Origin: Bifidobacterium breve
Lineage (GTDB): Bacteria; Actinomycetota; Acidimicrobiia; IMCC26256; JAENVU01
Reading direction: 5' to 3'
NCBI GenBank assembly: GCA_945865605.1
Contig: CAMBEL010000002.1
Coordinates: 24,473-88,472 of the forward strand
DNA: 64,000 nucleotides
The notes beneath the pieces are model-generated. The model was given only the letters and a program-made list of their open reading frames with translations. It had not been told where the DNA came from and did not search any database. A program made the position numbers and the translations under genes. Position 1 is the first letter of the stretch. Each line of letters opens with the position of its first letter. This document shows positions 1 to 8,722 of the stretch, piece after piece.

Positions 1-882
1 GCAGTCAGAGGGTCGCGGTTGACGGTAGGTGAGCCGTACTTCGACCGGATGACTTCGCCATTGGGCCTCGCGTTGCTATTCCTAATGGCCGTCGCGCCAG
101 CGTTGCCGTGGCAGGGAACTACGGGCGATGTCCTAGGTCGGCGATTACTCATACCCGCATACAGCGGCGTAGCCGTGATGATCGCAACTTTGATCTTCTT
201 GACGCGAGATCTTTTAACGGCCCTAGCATTCGGACTGGCGGTATTCGCCCTTCTGGGCATTGTGCGCGAGGTCTCACACGCCGTCTCGCAGCGAAGGCGC
301 GTAGATGAGGTAGGACGAACGCGCGCTCTAGTCCGAACAGTACGTGGAAACCCGCGTCGCTATGGCGGCCTCGTTGTTCATGTAGGAGTCGTTCTAATCG
401 CTTTGGCTCTCGCTTCGGCTGGCGCCTTCGGGACCAAACAAGAAGTGCGGCTGAAGGAAGGCGAGTCTGTAGAAGTAGGTGGTTACCAACTCAAATTCAT
501 CGGTACGCGAACAACAACGACCGCGCAGAAGATCACCGTGTCAGCAGATTTAGATATTCACAGGGATGGCCGGTCCCTCGGTACTTACGCGCCCTCGATC
601 TCGACGTTTCCAAACTCCAATATGGGAATCGGTACCCCTTCGGTGCGCACCGGCCTTTTAGAAGACTTGTATCTCACGCTCATCTCGTCGCCGACTGAGC
701 GAGGCCGCGTGACCATAAGTGTCTCGGTGCATGCGATGACGCTTTGGCTTTGGATTGGCGGCTTGGTCATGGCCCTTGGAACGGCTATTGCGCTGCTGCC
801 TTCATTGCGTCGACGTACGAATCGTTCGGATCCATCGGTATACGAGGGAGACGCTGAGCCAATCGTTGAGGTCACCGGGTGA
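1..882 (+). CDS. ccmF: Cytochrome c maturation haem lyase CcmF, C-terminal portion (5' end outside the window)
   Basis: The frame is open from base 1; the TTG at 19 is only the first in-window start. Several TM helices are followed by a soluble C-terminal domain. The stop overlaps the next start (GTGA, 879-882). CcmG- and CcmH-like genes follow in System I order. Confidence 0.75.
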   Translation, partial: AVRGSRLTVGEPYFDRMTSPLGLALLFLMAVAPALPWQGTTGDVLGRRLLIPAYSGVAVMIATLIFLTRDLLTALAFGLAVFALLGIVREVSHAVSQRRRVDEVGRTRALVRTVRGNPRRYGGLVVHVGVVLIALALASAGAFGTKQEVRLKEGESVEVGGYQLKFIGTRTTTTAQKITVSADLDIHRDGRSLGTYAPSISTFPNSNMGIGTPSVRTGLLEDLYLTLISSPTERGRVTISVSVHAMTLWLWIGGLVMALGTAIALLPSLRRRTNRSDPSVYEGDAEPIVEVTG

Positions 883-1424
883 AATACCCGTGGCGATGGG
901 TTGCTATCGCATCCGGCCTGATGGTTGCCGCGCTCGCGGTTGTATTGGCTCTGACCGTAGGAACAGACCCGCGAGCGGATACGAAGGTCAGTGCGTTGCT
1001 GGGCGAACAGTCGCCACGGTGGAGCGCCACGATGCTCGATGGGACGCCAGTTTCATCCGAGTCCCTAGCCGGCAAGACGGTGATTATTAACTTCTGGAAC
1101 TCGTGGTGCATCCCCTGCCGTGAAGAACTCCCCGCCCTACAGGAGTGGCACTCACGCATTTCCATGGACACGTCCGTTGTATTGGTGGGCATACCGAGAG
1201 ACGACACCACTAGCGCGATCCGCGAGGCTGCTGAAGCGGATGAAATGTTGTGGGCGGCGCGCCAGGATGCGGATGCTGAAGCAGCGACATTGGCATTCGG
1301 AACGCGCGGCCAACCAGAAACATTCGCGATCGGGCCCGACGGTGTAATCGTGGGATCGAAGTATGGACCTATAAGTGTGAGTGAACTCGATCAGATGGTG
1401 GCCCGCGCGCAAGGCTCCGGATGA
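879..1424 (+). CDS. ccmG: Thiol:disulfide oxidoreductase CcmG/DsbE (TlpA/ResA-like thioredoxin)
   Basis: N-terminal membrane anchor (WVAIASGLMVAALAVVLAL). Thioredoxin active site WCIPC. GTG start overlaps the ccmF stop, and there is an ATGA overlap with the next gene. Confidence 0.85.
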   Translation: MKYPWRWVAIASGLMVAALAVVLALTVGTDPRADTKVSALLGEQSPRWSATMLDGTPVSSESLAGKTVIINFWNSWCIPCREELPALQEWHSRISMDTSVVLVGIPRDDTTSAIREAAEADEMLWAARQDADAEAATLAFGTRGQPETFAIGPDGVIVGSKYGPISVSELDQMVARAQGSG

Positions 1425-2476
1425 GCAGACACTCGCGCGGATGGTTCCAAATGGTGGTACTCGGAGCCTTGCTGTTCGGAGCCGTCGCATTCGCGCTTTG
1501 GCCGAATGGTTCATCGGAGTCAATTGATGAGCACACGAACAGACTCGCAGCCCAGTTTCGTTGCGTGGACTGCGAGGGCTTGTCGGTAGCGGAGTCATCG
1601 ACAGCGTCAGCGCGTGCGCAACGCCGAGATATTGAAACTCGTATTCGAGATGGACAAAGTGACGCGACGATAAGGCGCGTATTTGCAGACCGCTTCGGAG
1701 ATTCGATTCTGTTGGAGCCCCCAGCTGAGGGCGTCGGTTTGTTGTTGTGGACATTGCCGGTAACGGTGATAATCGTTGGAGCAGGCTGCCTAATATTTGC
1801 CGTCCGACGCTGGCGTCGTGCTGACGGTGTTAATGACGACGTTGTTGACGCACTAGATGGTTTTGCTCGCGATGAGAGTGCGAACCCATCACCTGCCCGC
1901 CGGATTGGTGTGGCCGTTGCCCTTGTTGGTTTTGCGATCGCCACCGGTATTGCGTTGGCAATTGGAACTGGTGTGCGGGCGCCTGGCTCGAACCCGACCG
2001 GGCGCTCCGCAGAGAGTGCTCAGGTATCGGATGAATCGAGAGCACTGATGCTCGAAGCCGCTGTGGACAGGGCGCCGGGAGACGCATTGGCGCATCTCGC
2101 TCTAGCTCGGTTTCGCTTGGGGCGACAGGACCGCGCTGGCGCACTCGAGGCTTATCGACAGGCGGCAACGCTCGACCCAACCGACCCCGAACCGTTTGCT
2201 TACAGCGGCTGGGTTATTCGACTCGGAGGATTTCCTGACGAAGGGCTCGAACTAATAGACAAGGCCATTGCGATCGATCCCCTGTATCCGGATGCCAGAT
2301 TCTTCCGAGGGACGATCCTTCTGCGTGACCGCGGTGACCCCGCTTCCGCGATACCCGAGTTTCAGCGGTACCTTGTCGGGGACCCCGGCGGTCCAATGGC
2401 TAATGCTGTGCGTGGACTCCTTGCAGAAGCCGTGAAGGCATCGCCAACGACCCTACCCAAACAAGCCTCCCGCTAG
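1421..2476 (+). CDS. ccmH: CcmH-like protein fused to a TPR (CcmI-like) C-terminal domain
   Basis: N-terminal TM helix, then FRCVDCEG (the CcmH CXXC), then a second TM helix. C-terminal TPR-like repeats (ALEAYRQAATLDPTDPEPF, AIAIDPLYPDARFF). Confidence 0.75.
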   Translation: MSRHSRGWFQMVVLGALLFGAVAFALWPNGSSESIDEHTNRLAAQFRCVDCEGLSVAESSTASARAQRRDIETRIRDGQSDATIRRVFADRFGDSILLEPPAEGVGLLLWTLPVTVIIVGAGCLIFAVRRWRRADGVNDDVVDALDGFARDESANPSPARRIGVAVALVGFAIATGIALAIGTGVRAPGSNPTGRSAESAQVSDESRALMLEAAVDRAPGDALAHLALARFRLGRQDRAGALEAYRQAATLDPTDPEPFAYSGWVIRLGGFPDEGLELIDKAIAIDPLYPDARFFRGTILLRDRGDPASAIPEFQRYLVGDPGGPMANAVRGLLAEAVKASPTTLPKQASR

Positions 2477-2484
2477 GAGCGAAC

Positions 2485-2958
2485 GTGCCTGAGTTACCTG
2501 AATATCAAATCGACGGGTCCAAGATCTATAGGACGACGATCAAGACCGAACGCGGCGACATCGTCATGGACCTTGACCCGAAATTGGCTGCGAACACGGT
2601 CAACAACTTTGTCGGCCTTGCCCGCAATGGATTTTACGACGGACTGAAGTTTCACCGTGTTGTTCCTGATTTCGTCATCCAGGGTGGCTGCCCGCAAGGG
2701 ACCGGAACCGGCGACGCTGGCTACAAGTTTCAGGACGAAGACGTAATCGGCGAATACACGCTTGGCGCGGTTGCAATGGCGAACTCAGGAAAGAACACCA
2801 ACGGGTCACAGTTCTTCATCACAATCGACGACTGCACGCGCAAGTTGGGCAAGGACTACAACTTGTTCGGTTACGTGGTAGAGGGCATTGAAATCGCGCA
2901 ATCGACAGCAGTGGGCGATATGATGCTTAGCGTTATTGTCGACGAAGTAGATCGTTAA
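2485..2958 (+). CDS. Peptidyl-prolyl cis-trans isomerase, cyclophilin type
   Basis: Cyclophilin blocks FHRVVPDFVIQGGCP and MANSGKNTNGSQFFIT. GTG start. Confidence 0.9.
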   Translation: MPELPEYQIDGSKIYRTTIKTERGDIVMDLDPKLAANTVNNFVGLARNGFYDGLKFHRVVPDFVIQGGCPQGTGTGDAGYKFQDEDVIGEYTLGAVAMANSGKNTNGSQFFITIDDCTRKLGKDYNLFGYVVEGIEIAQSTAVGDMMLSVIVDEVDR

Positions 2959-2995
2959 GCGCACGGAGCACCGAGGACGGAACACGGAGCACGCG

Positions 2996-5275
2996 ATGGG
3001 CAAAGTAGTTGGATGCAACGCTTCTATGGATGAGGTGCGGTCCACGTACGAGAAACTCGTAAGAAACGTCGACATTGCACGTCGTCGGCTTGGGCGACCG
3101 CTCACGTTTGCTGAAAAGGTGCTGTTCGGCCACGCGAACGACATCGAGACAATCGAAACTGTTCGAGGGCTGAAGTACGGCGACTATCGACCCGATCGCG
3201 TCGCGATGCAAGATGCGACAGCGCAGATGGCGTTGCTGCAGTTCATGAATGCTGGCCTGCCAGCTGTATCCGTGCCTTCGACCGTGCACTGCGACCACCT
3301 GATCCAGGCGCGAATCGGTGCGCAGGCGGACTTAGCCGCTGCTCTCGATGAGAACGACGAGGTCTACGACTTCCTCGCTTCGGTTAGTGCGAAGTATGGA
3401 ATCGGTTTTTGGAAACCAGGGCAAGGGATCATTCACCAGGTGATACTTGAGCACTACGCATTCCCTGGCGGGATGATGATTGGCACCGATAGCCATACTC
3501 CGAATGCTGGTGGGCTCGGGATGATTGCAATCGGAGTTGGTGGCGCCGATGCCGTAGATGTGATGGCGGGCTGGCCGTTCAATACGCGGATTCCGCTGGT
3601 GATCGGCGTGAGACTCTCGGGCGAGTTGTCCGGTTGGGCATCTGCCAAGGACGTGATCCTGAAGGTAGCCGGAATCCTTACCGTCAAAGGCGGTACAGGG
3701 GCCATCATTGAGTACTTCGGGCCAGGCACTTCGACGATTGCCGCAACCGGAAAGGCGACTATCTGCAACATGGGTGCTGAGATCGGCGCAACGTGCTCGG
3801 TGTTCCCCTTTGACGACCGCATAGCCGCGTATATGAAAGTTACGGAACGAGCCAAATTGGCTGTGCTCGCAGAGCAACATAGTGCATACCTTCAGGCGGA
3901 CCCAGAGGTTGCCGACGATCCCGAGCGTTATTTCGACCGCGTGATCGATGTGAATCTCTCGGATTTGGAGCCACACATTGTTGGTCCCGGTACTCCCGAT
4001 CTTGATCGCCCCATCTCGTCGATGCGCGAAGCCGTGAAGGTAGAGGGGTACCCGGCGCGAATTTCTCAAGCGCTAGTAGGTAGTTGCACAAACTCAAGCT
4101 ACGAAGACATCGGGCGTGCGGCCCATGTCGCGCGTCAGGCCGCTGCAGCGGGCATCCGCGTGAAGGTGCCGCTACTGGTGACTCCCGGAAGTGAACAAGT
4201 ACGCGCCACGATCGCACGCGACGGTCTCCTAGCCGACCTCGAAGCGATCGGTGCCACTGTGCTGGCGAACGCGTGCGGACCATGCATCGGGCAGTGGCAA
4301 CGGACAGACACGAAGCCGGGAGAAGTAAACACGATCGTGTCATCGTTCAATCGCAATTTCCCTGCGCGCAACGATGGCAATCCGTCGACGTTGTCGTTCA
4401 TCGCTTCACCTGAGACTGTTACCGCAATGGCGTTGACGGGCCGTCTCGATGTGGATTTTGTACATGAACCGATCATCGCTCCGGATGGTTCTGAGATTCA
4501 ACTGCGCGCGCCGGAAGCCGATGAGTTGCCAGCTGGTGGTTTTGATGCAGGCGAAATGGGTTTCGTAGCTCCCGCTGCAGATCCGTCGACAGTCGCGGTG
4601 GTGATCCCACCTGGATCGGAGCGTTTAGAAGCCCTCGTTCCATTCGCGGCTTGGGACGGATCTGATTTCTTGGGATTACAGGTGCTACTCAAGGCCACAG
4701 GTAAATGCACGACCGACCACATTTCGCCTGCTGGGCGTTGGCTTCAGTACCGAGGTCATTTAACCAACATCTCAGGCAATCTTTTCATAGGCGCGAACAA
4801 CGCGTTCTCACTTGATGAACCTGGCACCGGCATCGATGTACGTGATCGATCCGTGAAGCCGCTCCCAGCGCTGGCTCGCGAATACAAGGACGCAGGAATT
4901 GCCTGGGTCGCCATCGGCGATGAGAACTATGGCGAAGGATCGTCCCGTGAGCATGCTGCAATGGAACCGCGCTATATGGGAGCGCGTGCAGTTATCGCTC
5001 GCTCGTTCGCGCGCATTCACGAGGCGAACCTCAAGAAGCAAGGCGTGTTGGCACTCACCTTCGCTAAATCATCAGACTATGAGCGCATCCTGGTCGACGA
5101 CAAGATCGACATTTGTGGTCTGCAAGAACTAGCGCCAAATGTGGTAGTAAATGTGGTCTTGCGGCATGCAGATGGTTCTAGCAATGAAATCGAAACAACC
5201 CACACAATGTCAGACGAGCACATCGCATGGTTCAGGGCCGGGTCAGCTCTCAACCTTTTGGCGGCAAATCGGTGA
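2996..5275 (+). CDS. acn: Aconitate hydratase, short (about 760 aa) mitochondrial-type
   Basis: Long near-identical blocks to aconitase: [83 protein letters not shown]. Length and block order match my recollection of the mitochondrial ACO2 class, not the roughly 900 aa AcnA/IRP class. Confidence 0.95.
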   Translation: [759 protein letters not shown]

Positions 5276-5291
5276 GTACTGACAATAAAAA

Positions 5292-7457
5292 GTGACTCCT
5301 CTCGGGCGTTTAGGTGGTGCGGCATTTAGGCGGCGCTGGTGGGTGATCTTGGCGTGGCTGGTCATCCTGGTGACACTCGGAGTCGCGAGTACTTCTGTTG
5401 GTTCGACATTCCGGGACGAGTTCACAATTCCAGGCACAGACGCGCAGCGGGCGATCGACCTGCTCGATGCGCGGTTTCCCCAACAGAACCTTCCGACTGC
5501 TCAAGTGGTGCTGCACTCCAATTCCGGGAAGGTAGACCCGGCTGTTATCGAATCGGTTGCGGCTTCGGTTGGAAAGATTCGCAATGTTCAGGTCCTCGGT
5601 CTACCACAGGTCTCAACCAATGGTCAGACGGCTCTAATACAGATGGCCTATTCGGTTAGTTGGAGTGACTTGCCGCTTAATGGACTGGCACAACTCGATT
5701 CGGCCACCCGTGCGGCTCGTGAAGCTGGTGTAAGGGTTGACTATGGGGGACCTGTAGCGGACGCGCTTTTGGAGAAAAGACAAAGTGGCACCAACGCTGA
5801 CGCGATAGGACTGCTTGTTGCACTTGTGATCTTGATCCTTGTTTTCGGCACGGTGGTAGCCGCGCTGATACCTGTCGGCATGGCGATTATGGGAATAGTC
5901 ATCGCAGTATCGCTGCTTACCGTCGTGGCGACGATGTTTACCGTCGGTACTGTCGCTCCAGTCATCGGAGTGATGATCGGCTTAGGCGTAGGGATCGACT
6001 ACTCCCTACTGATTGTCACGCGATTTCGTCAGAATCGTGACGCAGGAATGGATATTCAGCAGGCGATCGAAGTTGCGATGGCCACCGCAGGAAGTGCCTC
6101 ATTGTTTGCCGGCGCTTGCGTCATGATCTCGTTGGGGGGTCTGTGGTTCGCGGGGATTCCTTATGTTTCGATGCTCGGATTCTCTGCCGCGCTATTCGTT
6201 CTTGTGATGGTCCTTGTGTCGCTGACACTCTTGCCGGCGCTCCTCGGCGTGTTGGGTGATCACCTGGATCGCTTGCGTGTGATTCCGAAAAGGCATTCTC
6301 ATGCGGATGCAGGGGGCGGATTTTGGTATCGATGGGGCCATGGCGTAGCCAAATATCGGTGGCCTTGTCTTGTGGCGTCCCTCGCGGTCCTACTGCTGCT
6401 GGCTTGGCCAGCTCTTGGATTACAGCTTGGCTTTGCAACCGACGGCGATGATCCAACTAGCTACACACAACGTCGCGCGTACGACTATGTGGGCGAAGCG
6501 TTCGGTCCCGGCGCGAATAGTCCGCTACTCATCACAATGAAGTTCGCACCCGCTGCCAAGCGTGACGTCGCTTCAGATCTTTCCGCAGTACAGCGCGTCC
6601 TTGGTGCGGTCAAAGAAACGAAAGGCGTGGTACTTGCCGAGGGGCCACTTTTCAACAAGGCTGCTTCAGCGGGAGTCTTGATCGTTATCCCGTCTACCGA
6701 ACCCAATGCAGTGGCGACGCAAGATCTTGTACGAACGCTTCAGAATCGCGTCATCCCGTCCGCTACGGCGGGAACCCCGTTAGCTGGAAATGTGTTTGTC
6801 GGCGGAATTACCGCGGAATTGATTGCCATTACCGATCGCATTTCAGAGCGGCTGATTTGGTGTATCGGATTTGTTGTGCTCGCGGCATTCTTCTTATTGA
6901 TGTTGGTGTTTCGCTCCATATTGGTTCCGCTCAAGGCCGCAGTGATGAATTTTTTATCAATCGGGGCTGCTTATGGAGTGCTAGTCGTAGTGTTCCAGTG
7001 GGGCTGGGGGCGTAACCTGATAGGGGTCCACGAAGCGGTTCCAATTGTTTCGTTCGTGCCACTAATGATGTTCGCGATTCTGTTTGGTTTGTCGATGGAC
7101 TACGAGGTGTTCCTGTTGTCGCGTGTGCGCGAGGAGTACCTCGCGACAGGCGACAACCGTGAAGCCGTGGCGACAGGCTTGGCTAAGACCGCGAGAGTGA
7201 TCACGTCTGCGGCTGCGATCATGATCTCTGTGTTCCTTGTATTCGTTACCAACTCGTCGCCAACGGTGAAGATGCTTGGAATTGGCCTGGCGGCAGCAGT
7301 CGCAGTTGACGCCACGATCGTGCGCTTGCTTCTCGTTCCATCCACGATGGAACTCCTTGGCAAAGCGAACTGGTGGATGCCCAAGTGGCTGGATCGCATT
7401 CTGCCGCGCCTTGATGTTGATGGTCCATCGGAAGTCCGTGCTAAAGCTGACGCCTAG
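5292..7457 (+). CDS. MMPL-family (RND superfamily) membrane transporter
   Basis: 721 aa. Two repeats of a soluble loop plus a TM bundle. MMPL-type blocks GIDYSLLIVTRFRQ and GLSMDYEVFLLSRVREE. GTG start. Confidence 0.85.
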   Translation: MTPLGRLGGAAFRRRWWVILAWLVILVTLGVASTSVGSTFRDEFTIPGTDAQRAIDLLDARFPQQNLPTAQVVLHSNSGKVDPAVIESVAASVGKIRNVQVLGLPQVSTNGQTALIQMAYSVSWSDLPLNGLAQLDSATRAAREAGVRVDYGGPVADALLEKRQSGTNADAIGLLVALVILILVFGTVVAALIPVGMAIMGIVIAVSLLTVVATMFTVGTVAPVIGVMIGLGVGIDYSLLIVTRFRQNRDAGMDIQQAIEVAMATAGSASLFAGACVMISLGGLWFAGIPYVSMLGFSAALFVLVMVLVSLTLLPALLGVLGDHLDRLRVIPKRHSHADAGGGFWYRWGHGVAKYRWPCLVASLAVLLLLAWPALGLQLGFATDGDDPTSYTQRRAYDYVGEAFGPGANSPLLITMKFAPAAKRDVASDLSAVQRVLGAVKETKGVVLAEGPLFNKAASAGVLIVIPSTEPNAVATQDLVRTLQNRVIPSATAGTPLAGNVFVGGITAELIAITDRISERLIWCIGFVVLAAFFLLMLVFRSILVPLKAAVMNFLSIGAAYGVLVVVFQWGWGRNLIGVHEAVPIVSFVPLMMFAILFGLSMDYEVFLLSRVREEYLATGDNREAVATGLAKTARVITSAAAIMISVFLVFVTNSSPTVKMLGIGLAAAVAVDATIVRLLLVPSTMELLGKANWWMPKWLDRILPRLDVDGPSEVRAKADA

Positions 7458-8722
7458 AAGGTTGTGAACTGTGCCTCGGTAGGTTCCGCGCAGCAGAACC
7501 AGGGTTCAGATAGGTGCGGTACCGAAACGTCGGGAGCGTTCACCGGTTCCAACCCGAGTTCCACTCGCACCGCATCGAACGTCTCAGAGACAGGATTGTC
7601 AGTCATCGTCTCGACGATCGTCGCCAACCTTTTCTGAAGAGGGTCTAACGGAGAGTGCCAAGGGTGCGAGAGCCGTTCGGGATCAAACGGCATTAGCCCA
7701 TCGATTTCTCCGATTAGTAGCGATCCCTGTGGAACGAGAAGTCTGATCGAGTAATGAACAGGATCGACGTTGCTAATGAGGTCGTTATCGGCGACAAAGT
7801 TTGTAATTTCCTGCACATCTTGTAGGTCAGACCATGGCGTAAAAGGCAACCAAGTCGGGCGTACCGTGATTCCGTGATCCCTCAACACGGCAACTGCTTG
7901 CTGTCCATCCTTGGCTGTGTGTCCTTTGTCGAGTCTTTCAAGAATTGTGTCGTTCACGGACTCGAACGCGCTCACCACGAATAAGCATCCGAGTCCGGAC
8001 ATCTCACCCCACACTTCTTCATGCCGCAATATGTGTTCGACCTTGACAGTGCAGTCGAATGTCATGTCTGGCGCCGCTTCGTGGACTGCCCGTGCGACGC
8101 GTAACGCGTGGTGTATCCCGTTGAAGAAATCTGGGTCGCCGAAGGTGACGTGCCGCGCGCCAGCATTCTTCTGTGCGACTACGTCCTCGACTATCGCGTC
8201 TACTGACACTATTCGGGTACGTCCGTCGTATACGACAGGTACCGGGCAGTGCTTACACCGGTGTGCGCAACCAGTGGATGCCTCGACATACGCTGTCGGC
8301 AATTCGCTGTCGGCCAACACCAGACGCGCGTAACTCGTGAGTGGGGGGAGAAGGTTCCGGGCCGGTAGGGCTCTAACGTGCTCGGCGAGTAGATCTTCTT
8401 CAATCCATCGCAACAGGGCGGTTTCGGGATCGCGGTCCACCAAAGCGGTCGCGACTTCAGCGCACATCGCAGCGTATAGACCATAGGCCGCGACGGGCAC
8501 CTCAAACTTCGGCGCTATCGACCGCGCAAGTCTCGCTGCAGTGTGCATTGGAACAGAAATAGCGACGCGGTCTGCCCAATTGACGAGCGCTCCATCCCAC
8601 TCCTGCACTGAGAGGTCTAGGCAGCGGACTTCGTGCCCCCGCTCCTGCAACATCCCCGCCGGTCCAGCGACCCCGAGCGGCTGGTGGCCGAGTTCGTAGG
8701 TGGACACCAGAAGAATTTTCAT
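7454..8722 (-). CDS. B12-binding-domain radical SAM protein with a C-terminal CCAEP tail
   Basis: Start set at the ATG at 8722 (MKILLVSTYELGHQPLG...), which forms an ATGA overlap with the upstream ATP-grasp stop. The 151 codons upstream of it in the raw ORF are Arg/Pro/Ser-rich and overlap the ATP-grasp gene. N-terminal Rossmann-like B12-type domain. CAHRCKHCPV is a CX3CX2C radical SAM motif. The tail reads PWFCCAEPTEAQFTTF. Confidence 0.85.
   Translation of the reverse strand: MKILLVSTYELGHQPLGVAGPAGMLQERGHEVRCLDLSVQEWDGALVNWADRVAISVPMHTAARLARSIAPKFEVPVAAYGLYAAMCAEVATALVDRDPETALLRWIEEDLLAEHVRALPARNLLPPLTSYARLVLADSELPTAYVEASTGCAHRCKHCPVPVVYDGRTRIVSVDAIVEDVVAQKNAGARHVTFGDPDFFNGIHHALRVARAVHEAAPDMTFDCTVKVEHILRHEEVWGEMSGLGCLFVVSAFESVNDTILERLDKGHTAKDGQQAVAVLRDHGITVRPTWLPFTPWSDLQDVQEITNFVADNDLISNVDPVHYSIRLLVPQGSLLIGEIDGLMPFDPERLSHPWHSPLDPLQKRLATIVETMTDNPVSETFDAVRVELGLEPVNAPDVSVPHLSEPWFCCAEPTEAQFTTF

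Noticed and set aside
3332-4069. Long antisense or off-frame ORFs inside confirmed genes. Examples: 1152-1754(-), 3332-4069(-), 17236-17931(-), 23391-23999(-), 38825-39496(+), 49520-50182(-), 57768-58259(-), 61850-62467(-)
   Set aside because: These are typical shadow ORFs of GC-rich DNA. They are embedded entirely in genes with strong motif support, have biased Arg/Ser/Pro/Ala composition, and lack recognisable motifs or ribosome-binding sites.
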